Shown: positions 26,071 through 38,853, counted from the first letter of the whole stretch. The stretch is DNA of 62,378 nt, filler included, from Gonapodya sp. JEL0774 (GCA_027604505.1; 29 parts of 29 records of this genome joined end to end with filler, not necessarily neighbours in it), one strand, 5' to 3'. Numbers and translations are program-made. Notes: generated by a model not told the origin, from the sequence alone.

Positions 26071-26481
26071 ATTTTGCGAGAGCGAGATTGAGTCTGTGAA
26101 TGGGATGGAAGAATGGTGGAGTTCTTTAATCGTGGAATACGAAGGGGCAATGGGTTCCGAGTCCAAGTGCTGTGTCGGCACACAATATCCGAAAGGGTCA
26201 ATCAATATGTAACGTTGCCGTTTCCACCACCGGCGGAGATGAGATGGAGCCACGGGATTTATTCGAGACTGGTAATATGGCACGTGTGAAGAAACATGTA
26301 TTGGCGGCGTCGGAGTTTCCATTCACCATCCGAATACATAGCGACGGGAGCCGGAGATCGAGATTTCCGAATACATAAAGTATAGTGCAACAGTGACAGA
26401 TCCGAAAGGATCTCGCATTCGTTCTTGCCAGCCAATGTGAGTACTTGGATGGTGCGGGCAAGTACGAGTGCGGGGTTGCAA

Positions 26482-26490
26482 TATATAAAA
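26482..26490 (+). promoter_or_regulatory. TATA box upstream of the secreted-protein gene
   Basis: TATATAAAA about 60 bp before the ATG at 26551. Confidence 0.55.
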
Positions 26491-26550
26491 GGAGTGCTCC
26501 ACATATTCTTCAGGACTGCAAAAACCCTGTCACCTTCGCAAAGTTCTCCA

Positions 26551-27432
26551 ATGGTCCGTACCACCACCACCTCCCCCATCCTTGTCTGCCTCCTCCTGGC
26601 CCTGCTTACCACCCTCGCCGCGACCGCGCTCGTGCCGCCACCACCTCCCGCACCATGCAAAGCTGGGTTCATGCGGTGCCCCGAGTGTCTCGTCCACACA
26701 CCCTTGGCTGACCAGTGTGTGAGCGAGGATTGGTGTAGCCGTCCGCCGTGTAATTATCGCGTCGGCGCGATGGCGACGTCGCCGCCAGCAGGTGCAGCGG
26801 CCGATCCCGGCAACATCCCACCACCTCCTCCACCACCCCCACGGACCCTGCCGCCGCCACCGCCGCCACCGCCACCACCGCCGCCCCCGACGACCACCAC
26901 CCTGGGAACGGTCTCCTACGTCCTCTTGCCAGCAGACGACGCCCTGTGTGGGTGGGAGCCGTTGTACCACCCCGACTGCGACAAGCACTGCGCGGACATG
27001 CTTGCCCAAGGTACCGGAAACCTCCGATGCTTCGACAAGGATCATCCTGACAGGTGCAGCCTGTGCGTCTCGTCTGATTCTGATTCGGAACCACCAGCGC
27101 CACCTTCACCGCCACCGCCCGCATCTGCCGCTCCCCCTCCGGTTACTCCTCCACCACCACCACCACTCACCCCGCCGTCCACACCGCTACCGCCCGAGAC
27201 GACGACGACCACCACCACACCGGGCGCGGTCTCCCACGTGCTCTTGCCGGAAGACGACGACGGGTGTGGGTGGGAGCCGTACCCCCCTTACTGCGACAAG
27301 TGCGCCGACGTCCTTGCCCAAGGTACAGGGAATCTCAGATGCATCGACAAGGACTACTTTGGCCGATGCAGCATGTGCGTCTCGTCAGCTTTGGATGCAG
27401 CTGCGGCCGGCCCAACCCCTCCGTCGAAGTGA
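26551..27432 (+). CDS. Secreted Pro/Thr-rich protein with two copies of a 6-Cys module
   Basis: Signal peptide MVRTTTTSPILVCLLLALLTTLAATA; poly-Pro linkers; repeat 'VS.VLLP.DD..CGWEP...CDK.CAD.LAQGTGNLRC.DKD...RCS.CVSS' at ~26911 and ~27229; no introns. Confidence 0.85.
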   Translation: MVRTTTTSPILVCLLLALLTTLAATALVPPPPPAPCKAGFMRCPECLVHTPLADQCVSEDWCSRPPCNYRVGAMATSPPAGAAADPGNIPPPPPPPPRTLPPPPPPPPPPPPPTTTTLGTVSYVLLPADDALCGWEPLYHPDCDKHCADMLAQGTGNLRCFDKDHPDRCSLCVSSDSDSEPPAPPSPPPPASAAPPPVTPPPPPPLTPPSTPLPPETTTTTTTPGAVSHVLLPEDDDGCGWEPYPPYCDKCADVLAQGTGNLRCIDKDYFGRCSMCVSSALDAAAAGPTPPSK

Positions 27433-28187
27433 TCGGACGGGCGAGATGTGTGTGGAGGCGTGTGTTACGTGATTTGAGCGCACGGGGGACTGGAAGTGTG
27501 AAAAGTGTCGGTATTGTGATGGTGCGGGGCCTCGGTGGTTATGGATCGACGTGCGGGGGACTAGGAAGATGCACGTCGGCAGCGGCGGAGTTGGAGGAGA
27601 AGAAACGAGTCAGTCATTACATTAGCGAGGTGGAAATGCGCGCCCGCCTTAATCAGTTGGATTTTGTAGTCAATGTTTGGTTTTCGAATAATGATCGATG
27701 CACGTTCAGTTGTGTGATGAAGCAGACACCTCGTTCCCCCTTGTCGGGGGAGGAGTACACGTACAATTGGCTGCACCGTGCACATTCTTTATTCCACGGG
27801 GGGACTCACGAATAAGGTTGACCACAGCCAATCGCCTCCTTCCTCAACTCCTCACCGCCCCTGAATCGACAACGCAAACACACACACAGCAGAGAGAGAG
27901 AGAGAGAGGAGACCAGACGGTGACCGTTCTACACAAATGAATCCAGCGCAGTCAGGAACAGGAGCGGGAGTGTCAGCAGGCGGGAGTATCGGGCCGGCCG
28001 GNNNNNNNNNNNNNNNNNNNNNNNNNNNNNNNNNNNNNNNNNNNNTTAATTAATTAANNNNNNNNNNNNNNNNNNNNNNNNNNNNNNNNNNNNNNNNNNN
28101 NGCTTTTGCAGAAATATGTGAACAATTGAGCTGACTGATGGTGGTCTGGGAACTCCGATATCCGGGATCTCGGCACACCACGCAGTC

Positions 28188-29294
28188 ATCACGGACACAA
28201 CTTGCCCCTGGTAAAGTACTTACCCATTGAAGTGATTTGGGTGGCTTTTATCAACTCTCGATGTGGGATGGAACCTTAAAGGTGCTTCGTGGGAAAGCGA
28301 CGGCTGGAGCGTGGAATCGAACTCGCCAAGGAGCGGGGGATTGAATTGGAAGTTGTAAGAATGCCCATCCGCTTTCTCGCTTATTGGAGTTAACTCGTCG
28401 GATGTCTGTGTTTACTTCCAAGTCGTTCAACCACTGTCCTTACTTTCTCGACAAGAACGTGTCGCCGCAGGGAGTGGACAGGAAAACTTTCTACGAGCAG
28501 AAGTTTGATGAGAGACTGGAATCTGAAATTGGCAAGCTTACAGGGGAAGCTGGCTCAGTTGGAATAAAGATGGCGAGTTTTGGCGGAACAAGCTGGTGGA
28601 GATGCACAACACCGTATCGTCAGAATTTTGTCGCTTGCAGGAACTTTTGAAGGGAAAAGTTGTCAACACCATAGCTTCACATCGGTGGGTTGCTCCGTGC
28701 GATTAGAAACAGGACAAGAGGGTGATACTGGAATGGCGGCCAACAGTCTACTTGAGTGGGCCTCTCAGCAGCCCCAAGCTGACGCTGAGGGCAATCTCGT
28801 CATGAAGCTCACAGATAGGTAAATGTGGGAGGTTTTCCTCTCTCAGTTGCGATAAGATTTCCTTGAGACATTTCAATGACTCCCGTACTCGTAGAATCTA
28901 CTCGGCGAACTTTGAGACGGCCGAAGACATTTCAAACAACGACGTACTCGCTCAGTGCGCAGCAGACTGTGGACTCGACAAAGAGCAGGTGAGGGTTCAC
29001 ATAGTGCGTGTCAGTAGTACCCTCGGCTCTGTTGAAAAGGACTTTGCTCCCATCAGGCCCTTGCGTTTCTCGGAACAGATGAACACGAGCGAAATGGTAA
29101 GATTTCAGAGTTAAGCTCAATGTTCTCGTCCCTGATGTCTGCTGTTGCTTTCAGTCGACATGAAAGCTTGGGCAAACGGTCGGCGGTGCCAGGAGCAAGT
29201 ACCGTGCTTTATTGTGGAGAAGAGATACCGTGTGTTTGGAGCCCGTGAACCTGAACTGTGGGTAGATTTGTTTGAGCAGCTTGCGGGTGTATAA
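28188..29294 (+). CDS. DSBA-like thioredoxin-domain (FrnE-type) oxidoreductase, multi-exon, start uncertain
   Basis: Spliced 'ITDTTCPW|CFVGKRRLERGI' gives CPWC; C-terminus 'VPCFIVEKRYRVFGAREPELWVDLFEQLAGV*'. Confidence 0.85.
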
Positions 29295-29553
29295 ATCGTG
29301 GATGAGTGGTTGTCGGGGCAACACAATGTGAAAAAGTTATACTTGTTCTTGATTGAAATTCTAAGGTATTCACAATGCGTTAAAACTTCAAGCAGTAGCG
29401 ATCGCTTATAGGCTTTGCCGCCTAAGAAAGTCCGTTTGCTTTTGATAATCCCGTACGCATATGCATATCAACACATGGTGTCCGATCTCATGATCTTCGC
29501 CCGACCCATCCTCTCACCGACGACACCCGATGTACATCGACACTCTCACCCGC

Positions 29554-30121
29554 TTACTTGCCCATCACATTATCAAAAGTTGTCCCACCAACGCTTCCTC
29601 CCTTCATCGTCCTGTACACTGTGCTTTCGAAGTTCTTTCGGTTCTGCCTCAACGCCTCTGCAGCCTCCTTGTTCAGCGGATCGTCTGCATTCGGCTCCAA
29701 GAAAAGGTATTGAAGGCCCACAAGAACACTGTGAACGTTGAGGACGGGCTTCCAGTCTTCGCGCAAGATGTTCAAGCAGACGTTGCCTTCGAGGTCGATG
29801 TTGGGATGGTAGATCTAAAGAAGTTGGGAGGAAATATTTTGAGACCACATTTGCGACCACAGTATCAAATCAGCGATGGAAACTACGGCTGAATCCACCG
29901 TCTCCTTCGAAAAATCACTTATCACATCTCACCTTTTGAACACATTTTACTTTCGGTGCATCGTGCGGATATCCCGCTCCTACCGTAAACGTGAATTCGA
30001 AGGTGCCGCCCTTGTAAAATCCCTCGTCAGGTTTGATAGTGAGGCGGAAGTTGTGAAGGTCATTGGCATCTGGGAACGAGAGTTTAAGCGTGGACGGAAG
30101 CTTATCCATATCGGAAAAGTC
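29554..30121 (-). CDS. UBC12: NEDD8-conjugating E2 enzyme Ubc12, 5' truncated
   Basis: '[17 protein letters not shown]...[38 protein letters not shown]...[16 protein letters not shown]'; intron at ~29816-29931. Confidence 0.95.
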
Positions 30122-30252
30122 TGTAGGACAACCAAGATATGTTAGACAGAAANNNNNNNNNNNNNNNNNNNNNNNNNNNNNNNNNNNNNNNNNNNNTTAA
30201 TTAATTAANNNNNNNNNNNNNNNNNNNNNNNNNNNNNNNNNNNNNNNNNNNN

Positions 30253-32303
30253 CTCCATGTCAAACGCATTCCAACCGGGTATAACATTGGCAGTCACGCG
30301 CTGTAGCTCCTTCAGCAGCGGGTGATTGACCAATGTGGCAGATGACTTTGGGTCATAAAGAACAGTTGTGCAGAGGGCGGAGAGGTACTTTTGCTGTGTT
30401 GAGCTGCTCCAGCCGTGAGCTTTCTTCCCTGAACCCGCCTTTTTTAAGCAGTAGGCGTTGTAGACAAACCAACTAGGGACAGGTTCCTGATATGGATCGA
30501 GACCGCTCTGTTCTGCGATCCGCTGTAGATTGTTGAAGCGACCTGCAGTTGTCGCTTTGTGAGTTGTGAGTGACTGGGCAACGATTGGAGGTACGCCTGC
30601 TGCTTCCCATCGTTGTTGCATAGCCTCCATGCGAGCATTTTTCTGGGGGCGGAACGGAGAAGGGGCAGCTGGCTGTAGTCAGATCCTGGGGAAACGTCAT
30701 CAGATGAGGAATCTCCGGGATCAGACGGGGCGAGTTGATCGCTAGCCTGAGGAGTAGGGGCCACCAGGCTTGCGACTGCCACCACGGAGCAACGAGAGTC
30801 GCTGTACCCCCGTCCAAGATGAGCTTCTTCACTATCTGAGGGATGAGCACCCATGGGGGATTGATGAAGAGGTTGGACGGAGGCCCCCAGTGGATCGAGA
30901 TGGCGTTTGGAGCAAGTGCTTCTGGAACCGGACCCCAACTGCAGAAGGTTAGGATCTGGCAATTGAGGGCCGAGGCAAAGAGGTTGACAGAGTGCAGACC
31001 CACAGTCTGTCGAGAGACTGAAACACATGCAGGTGGAGTTTCCAGCCATGGGTGTCTCTCTGGAGACAGGAGTCGTGATCCTAGAGATGACAAAGTCAGT
31101 CCAGGCGCAGGGGGAACGGAAGGTAGCACGGGTGGCAACTGCGTGCTGGGCTACACTTACTGCCAACGTGTTCAGCAATCCAGGGATGTGCTCCACAAAC
31201 AGAGTCGCCCCGTGGGAGCGCACCCAATCCAGCAGCTGACTGACCACCAGAGATAGTGCTTGGCTGCGCAACCAACCTTGCTTGGCCATGGTGTAGGCTG
31301 AAGCTGTGTTGTCGGTGAGCAGGAGGATCGTCTTCCCCCACAAGGGGGTCTCGCGCGCAAAGGCCTTCAGACCAAGGAAGGAGGAGATTGCCTCCAGGAC
31401 TTGGATGTGGATGAACTCTGTCAACGGGATGGACAGCCCAAATTGCCGTTGGGGAGTACAGAGTGTGAAGGTGCCGAATGAGGAGATCGGCTAACCAGCA
31501 AGCTGAAGTACAAGTGAGCTGGTCCCCTTTCGAAGTGGTTGTCGAAATGAAGGGGGGCGCTGGTGCTGCGTGAAGGTTCGCTCCAGAACCCGTTTCCAAA
31601 GTGTCGGAGGTGATCACCAAGTCTACCTTGGGCGGGAGGAAACTGACGCCGTTCCACTGATGCAGGTGCTGTAGGAGCTCCTGCAGGGAGTGGTAAATGG
31701 CTGGGGATATGACCAATAGCCTGTTCCAAGAGCCCTGGAAAGAGTTGTGTCGCTGCAACAGGATACGGTTGTAAGCCTGAAGCAGGGGCAGAGCTTGGAG
31801 CTGAGCGTACGACAGGGTGTCATGAGTGGACTGCAGTGTGCCAAGGATGGATGCTGCCTGCCAAAGCGGGATGGAGTCCTTCCTGATGGCCTGCTTGACC
31901 CTGTGGCGCAGAGAGCGAAGGCGAGCAGGAGTAAGGGGGAGGGTGCCTTTCTTGAGATCCCAGACGAGACCCAAGTGAATGGGGCAGTGCACCGCGAGCT
32001 GATTGTAAAGCCCAGATAAAGGAGCAGAAGACAAGAGAAAATCTGGTCCAGTGCTGTGCGCAGGTGTGTCTCTCCGAAGTTGATCCCGTTGTTGATGTAG
32101 AACGACGACTGGATCCCGTTCGACCAGAGGATGCCAAGTACAACCCTCATGAGCTGGGAACGCCGGAAAGGGATCGGAGGGTGAATCCTTGGGTGAGAGG
32201 ACCACCACAACAAGATAAATACCTTTGTCCAGAGCATCGGAATTGGCGCGAGCCCAAATGTTGCTGCAAGGGAGCGGTAAACGCGGTTCCTGGGCCCTGG
32301 AAT
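30253..32303 (-). mobile_element. Degenerate DIRS-type tyrosine-recombinase retrotransposon (RT end, RNase H, N6-adenine MTase-like domain, YR N-terminus)
   Basis: 'HLGLVWD', 'ITSDT..GSGA', 'HIQVLE', 'LLLTDN', 'EHIPG.LN', 'NLFAS', 'FINPPW..IPQIVKK', 'LVAPWW.SQAWWP'; several frameshifts. Confidence 0.88.
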
Positions 32304-32403
32304 NNNNNNNNNNNNNNNNNNNNNNNNNNNNNNNNNNNNNNNNNNNNTTAATTAATTAANNNNNNNNNNNNNNNNNNNNNNNNNNNNNNNNNNNNNNNNN
32401 NNN

Positions 32404-33792
32404 TCAAATCAATGGTAAAAAAGACAATCGTCTGCAGTAAGCCGTTAGAGGAAAGGGCGAAAGCTGTGTAAGCAAATGAGGTGGTGTTTAGATTTTGATC
32501 CTTAGCAACACGTCATCCATCCCGACAACCCATTCAGATAGTTCCACCAACATACATCCAATGAAGCCCACCACATATCGATCTCCAGGAAGAAACAGAG
32601 TCAACATAGCTGTGCCAGCAGTAACAAGCATCGCTATAGGGTACTGATTGCGGCAGAAGTATTCGATAGCGGGCCAGCAGATATATCGAGCGATTTAATA
32701 AAGGATATTCCGGAGAACGATGGAGCTCAAATTATTCAACAAAACGCACCATAATCATTCTCCTCGCAACAGCCGTTGAAACGTCCGTCACATTTTGCCT
32801 GTCGACCTTCAGCCGGTGACTTGATTTCAATGTTCTGGACATTTGAATGGACACCCAAATGACGAGAACCAGCTCCACCGCAAAGAAGGTAACCACCACC
32901 GCGTTAAGAAAAATGTTTTGGATTGAGTCTATCTCTCTGAACCAGCACGATTCATCGCTCGGAGTTTTCCCAAAACTGACATGCAACGGACCAGTATGTA
33001 CATTGTTTGAAGGATCAGCCGGTAACTGAGATCAATGCAAATTCGCTTCCTCTCACCTGCCAATTGTGACCATCCCGAACCCCACAAAGGATATTGGGGG
33101 CACAAGTAAGAGGAGTTTTTCCTGCGGGACTGTCATCGATAACCTTCCCATCACCAAGCTTCGAAATAGAGAGAAACATATGCAGATCGTGGAAGTGTAT
33201 TCGCCCGCGAATCCGCCAATAGCAAAAAAGCCAGTGGCCCTGAGAAAAAATCATGGAGCGTCAAAGGTGTTGAGCTACGTAAGGTTGAACTTGGCGCAAT
33301 CGAGTCTTAATCTCTCATCTACCCGCTGAAGCAAATGCTCACGAGCATGCAATTGGAATATCCGCGGTTGTATACGTTCCATAGAAGGAAAGCATAGAAA
33401 GGAGATTGGAAACTGCCAAGCTGACGAGTAGCTGTGTAGGGTCGTCATTGGACATTGTCATCCCAGAGTCACATTCAGCTGGCAATCGAACCTTAACGTG
33501 GAGATGTGAGAGCAAGTGAGGATCAACCCTGAATCCACAAAACACGACGTCGTGAGACGCAGGTAAAACCCGGGAGGAGAAACGAGTTGTTCCCGGTCAA
33601 CCACTATCATTATTTGTGTCGTCCCCCAACAGAAGTGTCACGAATAGGCAATCCGGACCTGAAGATCATCGCAAAGAATGCCAGCACACAAATAGGCCCC
33701 AAGACCGATAACGTTGTGGACGGAAGAAGCGCTATCGTTCGCAGTCGCAGGTCGGAGAGTGGATGGAATGATTCCGGGAGAGCATTCGCCAT
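32404..33792 (-). CDS. 7-transmembrane GPCR-like protein (cAMP-receptor-like), multi-exon
   Basis: Successive hydrophobic exons (TTLSVLGPICVLAFFAMIF; QLLVSLAVSNLLSMLSF; SCWF; FLNAVVVTFFAVELVLVIWV; ARRMIM|..YPIAMLV). The CW loop motif and R..YP before TM6 are typical of this class. Confidence 0.6.
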
Positions 33793-34140
33793 GTTGTAAG
33801 GGCACGGTCTCCACACAACTCCAGTGGAGTACTTGATGCAATTCAGGGGTCAACTTTCTGCGAAGCGGTCCGTGAGCAAGAGGTCCCTGGCTTATTGGTA
33901 AAACGTACAGTCACTGCGATGACTCTTCGCAAACTTCGCCGAAGATCCCAAGGAACGCTTACCGAGGCCGAAAGTTTGGACACATGTTATGTGAAGTGCG
34001 CATGGAGGGACGATACCCAGATGGGAAATATGCAATACAAGAGGCTCATACTTCGTTGTGTGACGCCGGAGCCTACGAAAGGGAATATTACATACTTTAT
34101 TTCACCACAATCCACTGAGTCCGCTCTGTATCAAGGACGC

Positions 34141-34453
34141 ATGGCCCCCCCCGCTGCTCAATGTTTATCCGTGTCCGAGATTCTCTTCAACATCTTGAAC
34201 TATGTCCACGATTTGGAAGAACTGGTCCCCCTTTCGCTTGTCTGGTGAGATTATCGACTGGTGAGCGTTCCATTCATGTAATTTGATTCCTAAAATCTCA
34301 CTGCTGCAAACGTGTTTTAATAACCGTATACAGCAAGGCATGGTTTGTTCACGCAGCAACTCTGCGATGGAGAACGATCGAGCTCCGGGATGCGAACCCG
34401 AACAACTATCCAAGGGACATCCTCGCCCCCCTCAGACTTTTCAACGGTCTTAG
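34141..34453 (+). CDS. Possible F-box protein N-terminus
   Basis: 'MAPPAAQCLSVSEILFNILNYVHDLEELVPLSLV' followed by a GTGAGA donor. Confidence 0.45.
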
Positions 34454-35594
34454 NNNNNNNNNNNNNNNNNNNNNNNNNNNNNNNNNNNNNNNNNNNNTTA
34501 ATTAATTAANNNNNNNNNNNNNNNNNNNNNNNNNNNNNNNNNNNNNNNNNNNNTGTGGTGGGAAATGGGTCGCCTGGGTCGTTCAGGATGTTATCTGCCT
34601 CCGCTTCTACCTCGCCCAAATCCCCGGCACCCACACGGGGGGATTTCTCGCCCCACCACATCCACCACCACGACCACCTATCCCGGCTCCGCTGCCCGCG
34701 ACCGCTCTCTCCACAACCACACCAACTCGGACCTCGACCTCGACCCTGCTGCCGACTTTTCTTTCGAAATTATGCACACCAGATTGGACCGTGTCGGCGC
34801 AGTGCGAGCCATGGAGGTGGAAAGGATGTCCTAGACCGCGGAAGCGGGGTAATGCCGGTGCCGGTGCCCCTCACAGAACCAGAGGTGGTGGTCGGTGGGG
34901 GCGGTGGGGTGGAGGACGTGTGGGTGGGTGGGTGAGGGTGAGTAACTCGCGTTTGCGTATGTTTAATCTGTTCCGTTCCTCCGGAAAAGTTTTTAACCCG
35001 TCGACACGGTCTTCGTCCGCTCAAACCCCAGACCGAGGTAAGCGTCAAATTTCTACAGTCTTATATCTCGGATTCTCTTACCCTGGCTGCGTTTCCCAAC
35101 CTTCGCACACCCAATGCCGCCTTCGGGTCACCAGAGATCCTTCCACATTGGACCGCCTCACCCGTCACCCGCCCAGCGCACATGGAACTGGTTGACCGGC
35201 ACGGGAGGCTACATGGACAGGACACAATCAGCGAATCAACAGGTGAGTTAAACACTGTGAACTGTGATAACTTTCGTCTCTGTGTGGTTCACCCACTCGC
35301 ACAATCATGCACATCCCTTCCCCCTTGTTCTCTCTGAGACAGATCCTTCTCCACTCCTCCTCAGCAATATCATTCTACCCGTCTGCCTGATCGGTCACCG
35401 CTAGGTCCGAGTGGTCGAGAGCAAACCACGTCACTGCGGCCAGGCAGTGCCGAAGATCGAGGACACGGTTTGTGGGTGCGGAGGAGGAGTGGCGAAGGTG
35501 AGTACATTCAAAACCTCAGCGGCGCCGCAAGTTGCAGAAGGTGCGGGGGTAAACCCTGGGGCACAACATTGGGAAAATCCGAACGAAAAGTGCG

Positions 35595-35822
35595 ATGTCT
35601 ACACTTCGCGTTATTCAACTGATTGAAGCCGTCGAGAACGGCCAGGTGCAGCGGGTCCGACAGCTGTTGGGCGAAGGAGCAAACCCAAATGCCCGGAAGC
35701 AGGTCACGTTAACCCTGCGTGCAGAATCGCCAGTGCCAATGCCGATTCGCACTCCGGAGTGTCCGTTTTCGTATCCAATAGTGCAGGTCAACGTGACCCG
35801 CTTCCGCGCGTTCGGGTTTCGG
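35595..35822. pseudogene. Fold-back junction of two truncated ankyrin-family paralogues in opposite orientation
   Basis: The plus strand reads MSTLRVIQLIEAVENGQVQRVRQLLGEGANPNARKQVTL; the minus strand reads NPNARKRVTLTCTIG, then after a frameshift TKTDTPECESALALAILHA. Confidence 0.75.
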
Positions 35823-36142
35823 TAGCACCTCCTCGAGGTGAAGTGGAGGTGCATGATCGCAAAGTTTGGACCAAGGGCGAGGGAGGGATACACTGATGAT
35901 GAGATATCGATTGTAGTATCTTCTCCTTAATCTACCTCTATTCACAATCCAAGTTAGTAATACCTATTCCCTAATGCTATTTGCACCTGGCTTTACAAAT
36001 ACAGCAATTTTATATGAGACAGAAGTACTACTAGATGAGTAAACTCTCGCAAACAATCTACAAAAGACTTTGTGTTGACCATGTGACCATGCGGCTGCGG
36101 GCCAGCATACTTTGCAAACCAAACGTTCCAACCCAAGCCATC

Positions 36143-36603
36143 ATGTTCGGCATGTTCGGCATGCGCACACGAGAGCTTCAACTGATCGAAGCCGTGGAAG
36201 ACGGCCAAACGGACCGTGTGCGACAGTTGTTGGTGGTGGAAGGCGCGAACGCAAATACACGGAAGCGGGTCACGCTGACCTGCAACGTTGGACGGGAGGT
36301 GAAAACAGACACGGTGGACGGGGAGTCGGCATTGGCGTTGTCTATTCTGTATGGACATGAGGACGTTACCGATTTGCTGCTCACTCACGGAGCGAATCCA
36401 AATGCAAGATGTGAATGGAAACGAGCTAATATTTGCAATTTCTCGTGGGATGACGACACCTGGAACCATAGGCGTTGGGAGTGGACGTGCTCTTTTCCAT
36501 CTGCTTTGACTTTGGCAATGGCGCGCGGCGGTACGGTGACGGTTTGGAATGGCAAAACAATCGATGGACCCAACTCGAACAACAGACTGGACATCAACAA
36601 GAA
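36143..36603 (+). CDS. Ankyrin-repeat protein N-terminus with Trp-rich insertions (family member, truncated)
   Basis: LIEAVEDG..DRVRQLL..GANAN; ESALALSILYGHEDVTDLLLTHGANPNARCEWK...W..RRWEWTCSFPSALTLA. Confidence 0.85.
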
Positions 36604-36703
36604 NNNNNNNNNNNNNNNNNNNNNNNNNNNNNNNNNNNNNNNNNNNNTTAATTAATTAANNNNNNNNNNNNNNNNNNNNNNNNNNNNNNNNNNNNNNNNN
36701 NNN

Positions 36704-37802
36704 ATTGAGGAGATGCTTGCAGGATTCGAAAGTCAGAATCGTGGGGAGAAAGCGGATATCGCAGATCGGCAGAAGGCTGAAATGGAGGACATGCGTAAAA
36801 CACTCCAGCAAATGAACCTGGCCTATGAGAAACGGGACAGGGAACACGAGTGGGACAAGGCTCAGATCAGGGATGAAATCCGGCGGCAGCAGGTGCATTT
36901 TCAAAAGCGCGAGGCAGAGTTACAGAACGAAGCAGCACGTTTGAAGCCAATTCTTCAAGCACAGTTGGAGCAGCACAGACGCAAAGAGGAGGAACAGAAA
37001 GCTGAGATCTTGAGGCTGCAGCAGGAAGTCGAGGTGCGTGCGGTAGCTCTACAGCAGAGGGAGGCCGAAAATCAGCGGTCGATGGCGGAGATTCAGAGGG
37101 CGGCTCAAGCGCATCGGTACGAAAGCGACGTTCGCATATCGGAATTGTCGTCGACTGTGGAGTTCTTTGAAAGTCAGTTGAGCCAAAAGGAAGCCAGAAT
37201 CGTCAATCTGGATCGTGAAGTGGCGCATTTGAGAAGCAGGCTCGCCCAGGTGGAAGATGAGGGATTCGAGAAGGGAGTGCGGATTGCATTCTTGCAGAAG
37301 CAAGTCCAAGAAAGAGACCGGCAGCTCGCAGCGATCAGACAGACGGGAGGAGAGCCAGGCCTGGCAAGAAGTTTGAATGGAACAAGCGGTCCTGGGAGAG
37401 CTGGTAGCTCAGCAGTGGCAAAACCGGGGGTCAAGGCCTCGGCGGTTTCCGGAAGGACGGTGGTGAACCAAATCATGTACGCCACACAGAGATATTCTCC
37501 GCAGAGATCCGACGAGGCAACGCTCGAGATCGGAGATGCAGTACTTTGTATGTTCAAGTTTGAGGACGGTTGGTCGGCGGTGGGTGTCTCGGTTGTACGG
37601 TTCTTCAGTGCGAAGCACTGAAAGCAATTCCTATTCTCTTTCATATCTATAGGGCATGAACAAAACAAGGGTTCAGTCGGGTTTCTTCCCTTCAACATTT
37701 TTGTCGAGCAATCCCGCACCGGCCAGTCAGAATGGACTGATATCCGCGGATGCACCTCCAAGGCTTTCTTCGTTGGGTAAAGCAATGTCAAAGGGAGCCT
37801 GA
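36704..37802 (+). CDS. Coiled-coil plus SH3 protein, C-terminal part
   Basis: Long heptad region, then SH3 'MYATQRYSPQRSDEATLEIGDAVLCMFKFEDGWSA|GMNKTRVQSGFFP'; intron ~37580-37652; stop at 37800-37802. Confidence 0.85.
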
Positions 37803-38036
37803 ATACTTTCAGTCAAGTGATTCTTTTGGCTTGACGTAGACGGAGTATTTTTAGTGTGAACGAGCTCGTTTTTGTAGATCTACGTATGAAACATGACTGT
37901 TTTACATAAATATCATATGAATTGTTACAATTAGCATGGTGAAAATGCTGCATCGAGACTAAATCAGTCCAATCATTCAGGCTAGTTCCGTCCGCATTCT
38001 TGGCATTCTGAGTCCGATCCTTCCTATATCAGCGCA

Positions 38037-38753
38037 TCATCCCAGCCTGGACGTGGGCGGTCCTTTTACATCCCTCCATCCATTCGCGACTACCGGTGCG
38101 TCGGATCCACGAGGTGCAGGTTTGACGTCAGGGTCGTTGATCCAACCAGCGCGCGCCACTGCCCTGAGTTCAGCCGCGCCTGGTGCATAAGAGGTCCTTC
38201 TAGGTGGATCAGATGGTTTTCTTATTGCAGCTTCAATACCTGGACTTTGGTCTCTCCCTCCAGGAGGAATGTAGGATTCCCGCTCTCGGACAAGCGGTTT
38301 GTCTCGATCCCCATTTCCCCGGGATTTAGATTGGAATATCACTTGAGGCTTGAGAGACAGCTGTATGGAATCAGTGCGTTTCGGCAGAGATGGGAAAGCT
38401 GATCCAAATGGAGACTGAGGTACAAATTGCTGTTCATCTGCAGTAGGTGGCTGTGACGACGTGCATGCGAGCGGGAAGAATCCGCGCTGACCGGTTGAAG
38501 TGTTTTGACCCTGTGTGAGATTTGGCAAATAATGTCACAGAATACCAGTCAATGAACAGAACGAACGGGAACGGATTCGCAGTGGTCTGACAATGTCACC
38601 CACCAGAGCCCACCCGTCCGGAAACTCTTGCTCACAAACAACCTTTTCACCCACTCGCAAGACTACTTCATCACTAGAAGCAGGATCGTACGAGTGCCGA
38701 ACGTACAAATGGCGCTGGAAAAAAGTTGAATACGATCCACTCGATCCTCCAGC
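38037..38753 (-). CDS. SH3-domain protein C-terminus, convergent with the previous gene
   Basis: 'YVRHSYDPASSDEVVLRVGEKVVCEQEFPDGWAL|GQNTSTGQRGFFPLAC'; intron at the same position as in the paralogues. Confidence 0.82.
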
Positions 38754-38853
38754 NNNNNNNNNNNNNNNNNNNNNNNNNNNNNNNNNNNNNNNNNNNNTTA
38801 ATTAATTAANNNNNNNNNNNNNNNNNNNNNNNNNNNNNNNNNNNNNNNNNNNN

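Noticed and set aside
36035..37621. Joining the ankyrin ORF (36143-36603) to the coiled-coil/SH3 ORF (from 36704) as one gene
   Set aside because: A linker separates them; the matching domain order is coincidental even though the family has that architecture.
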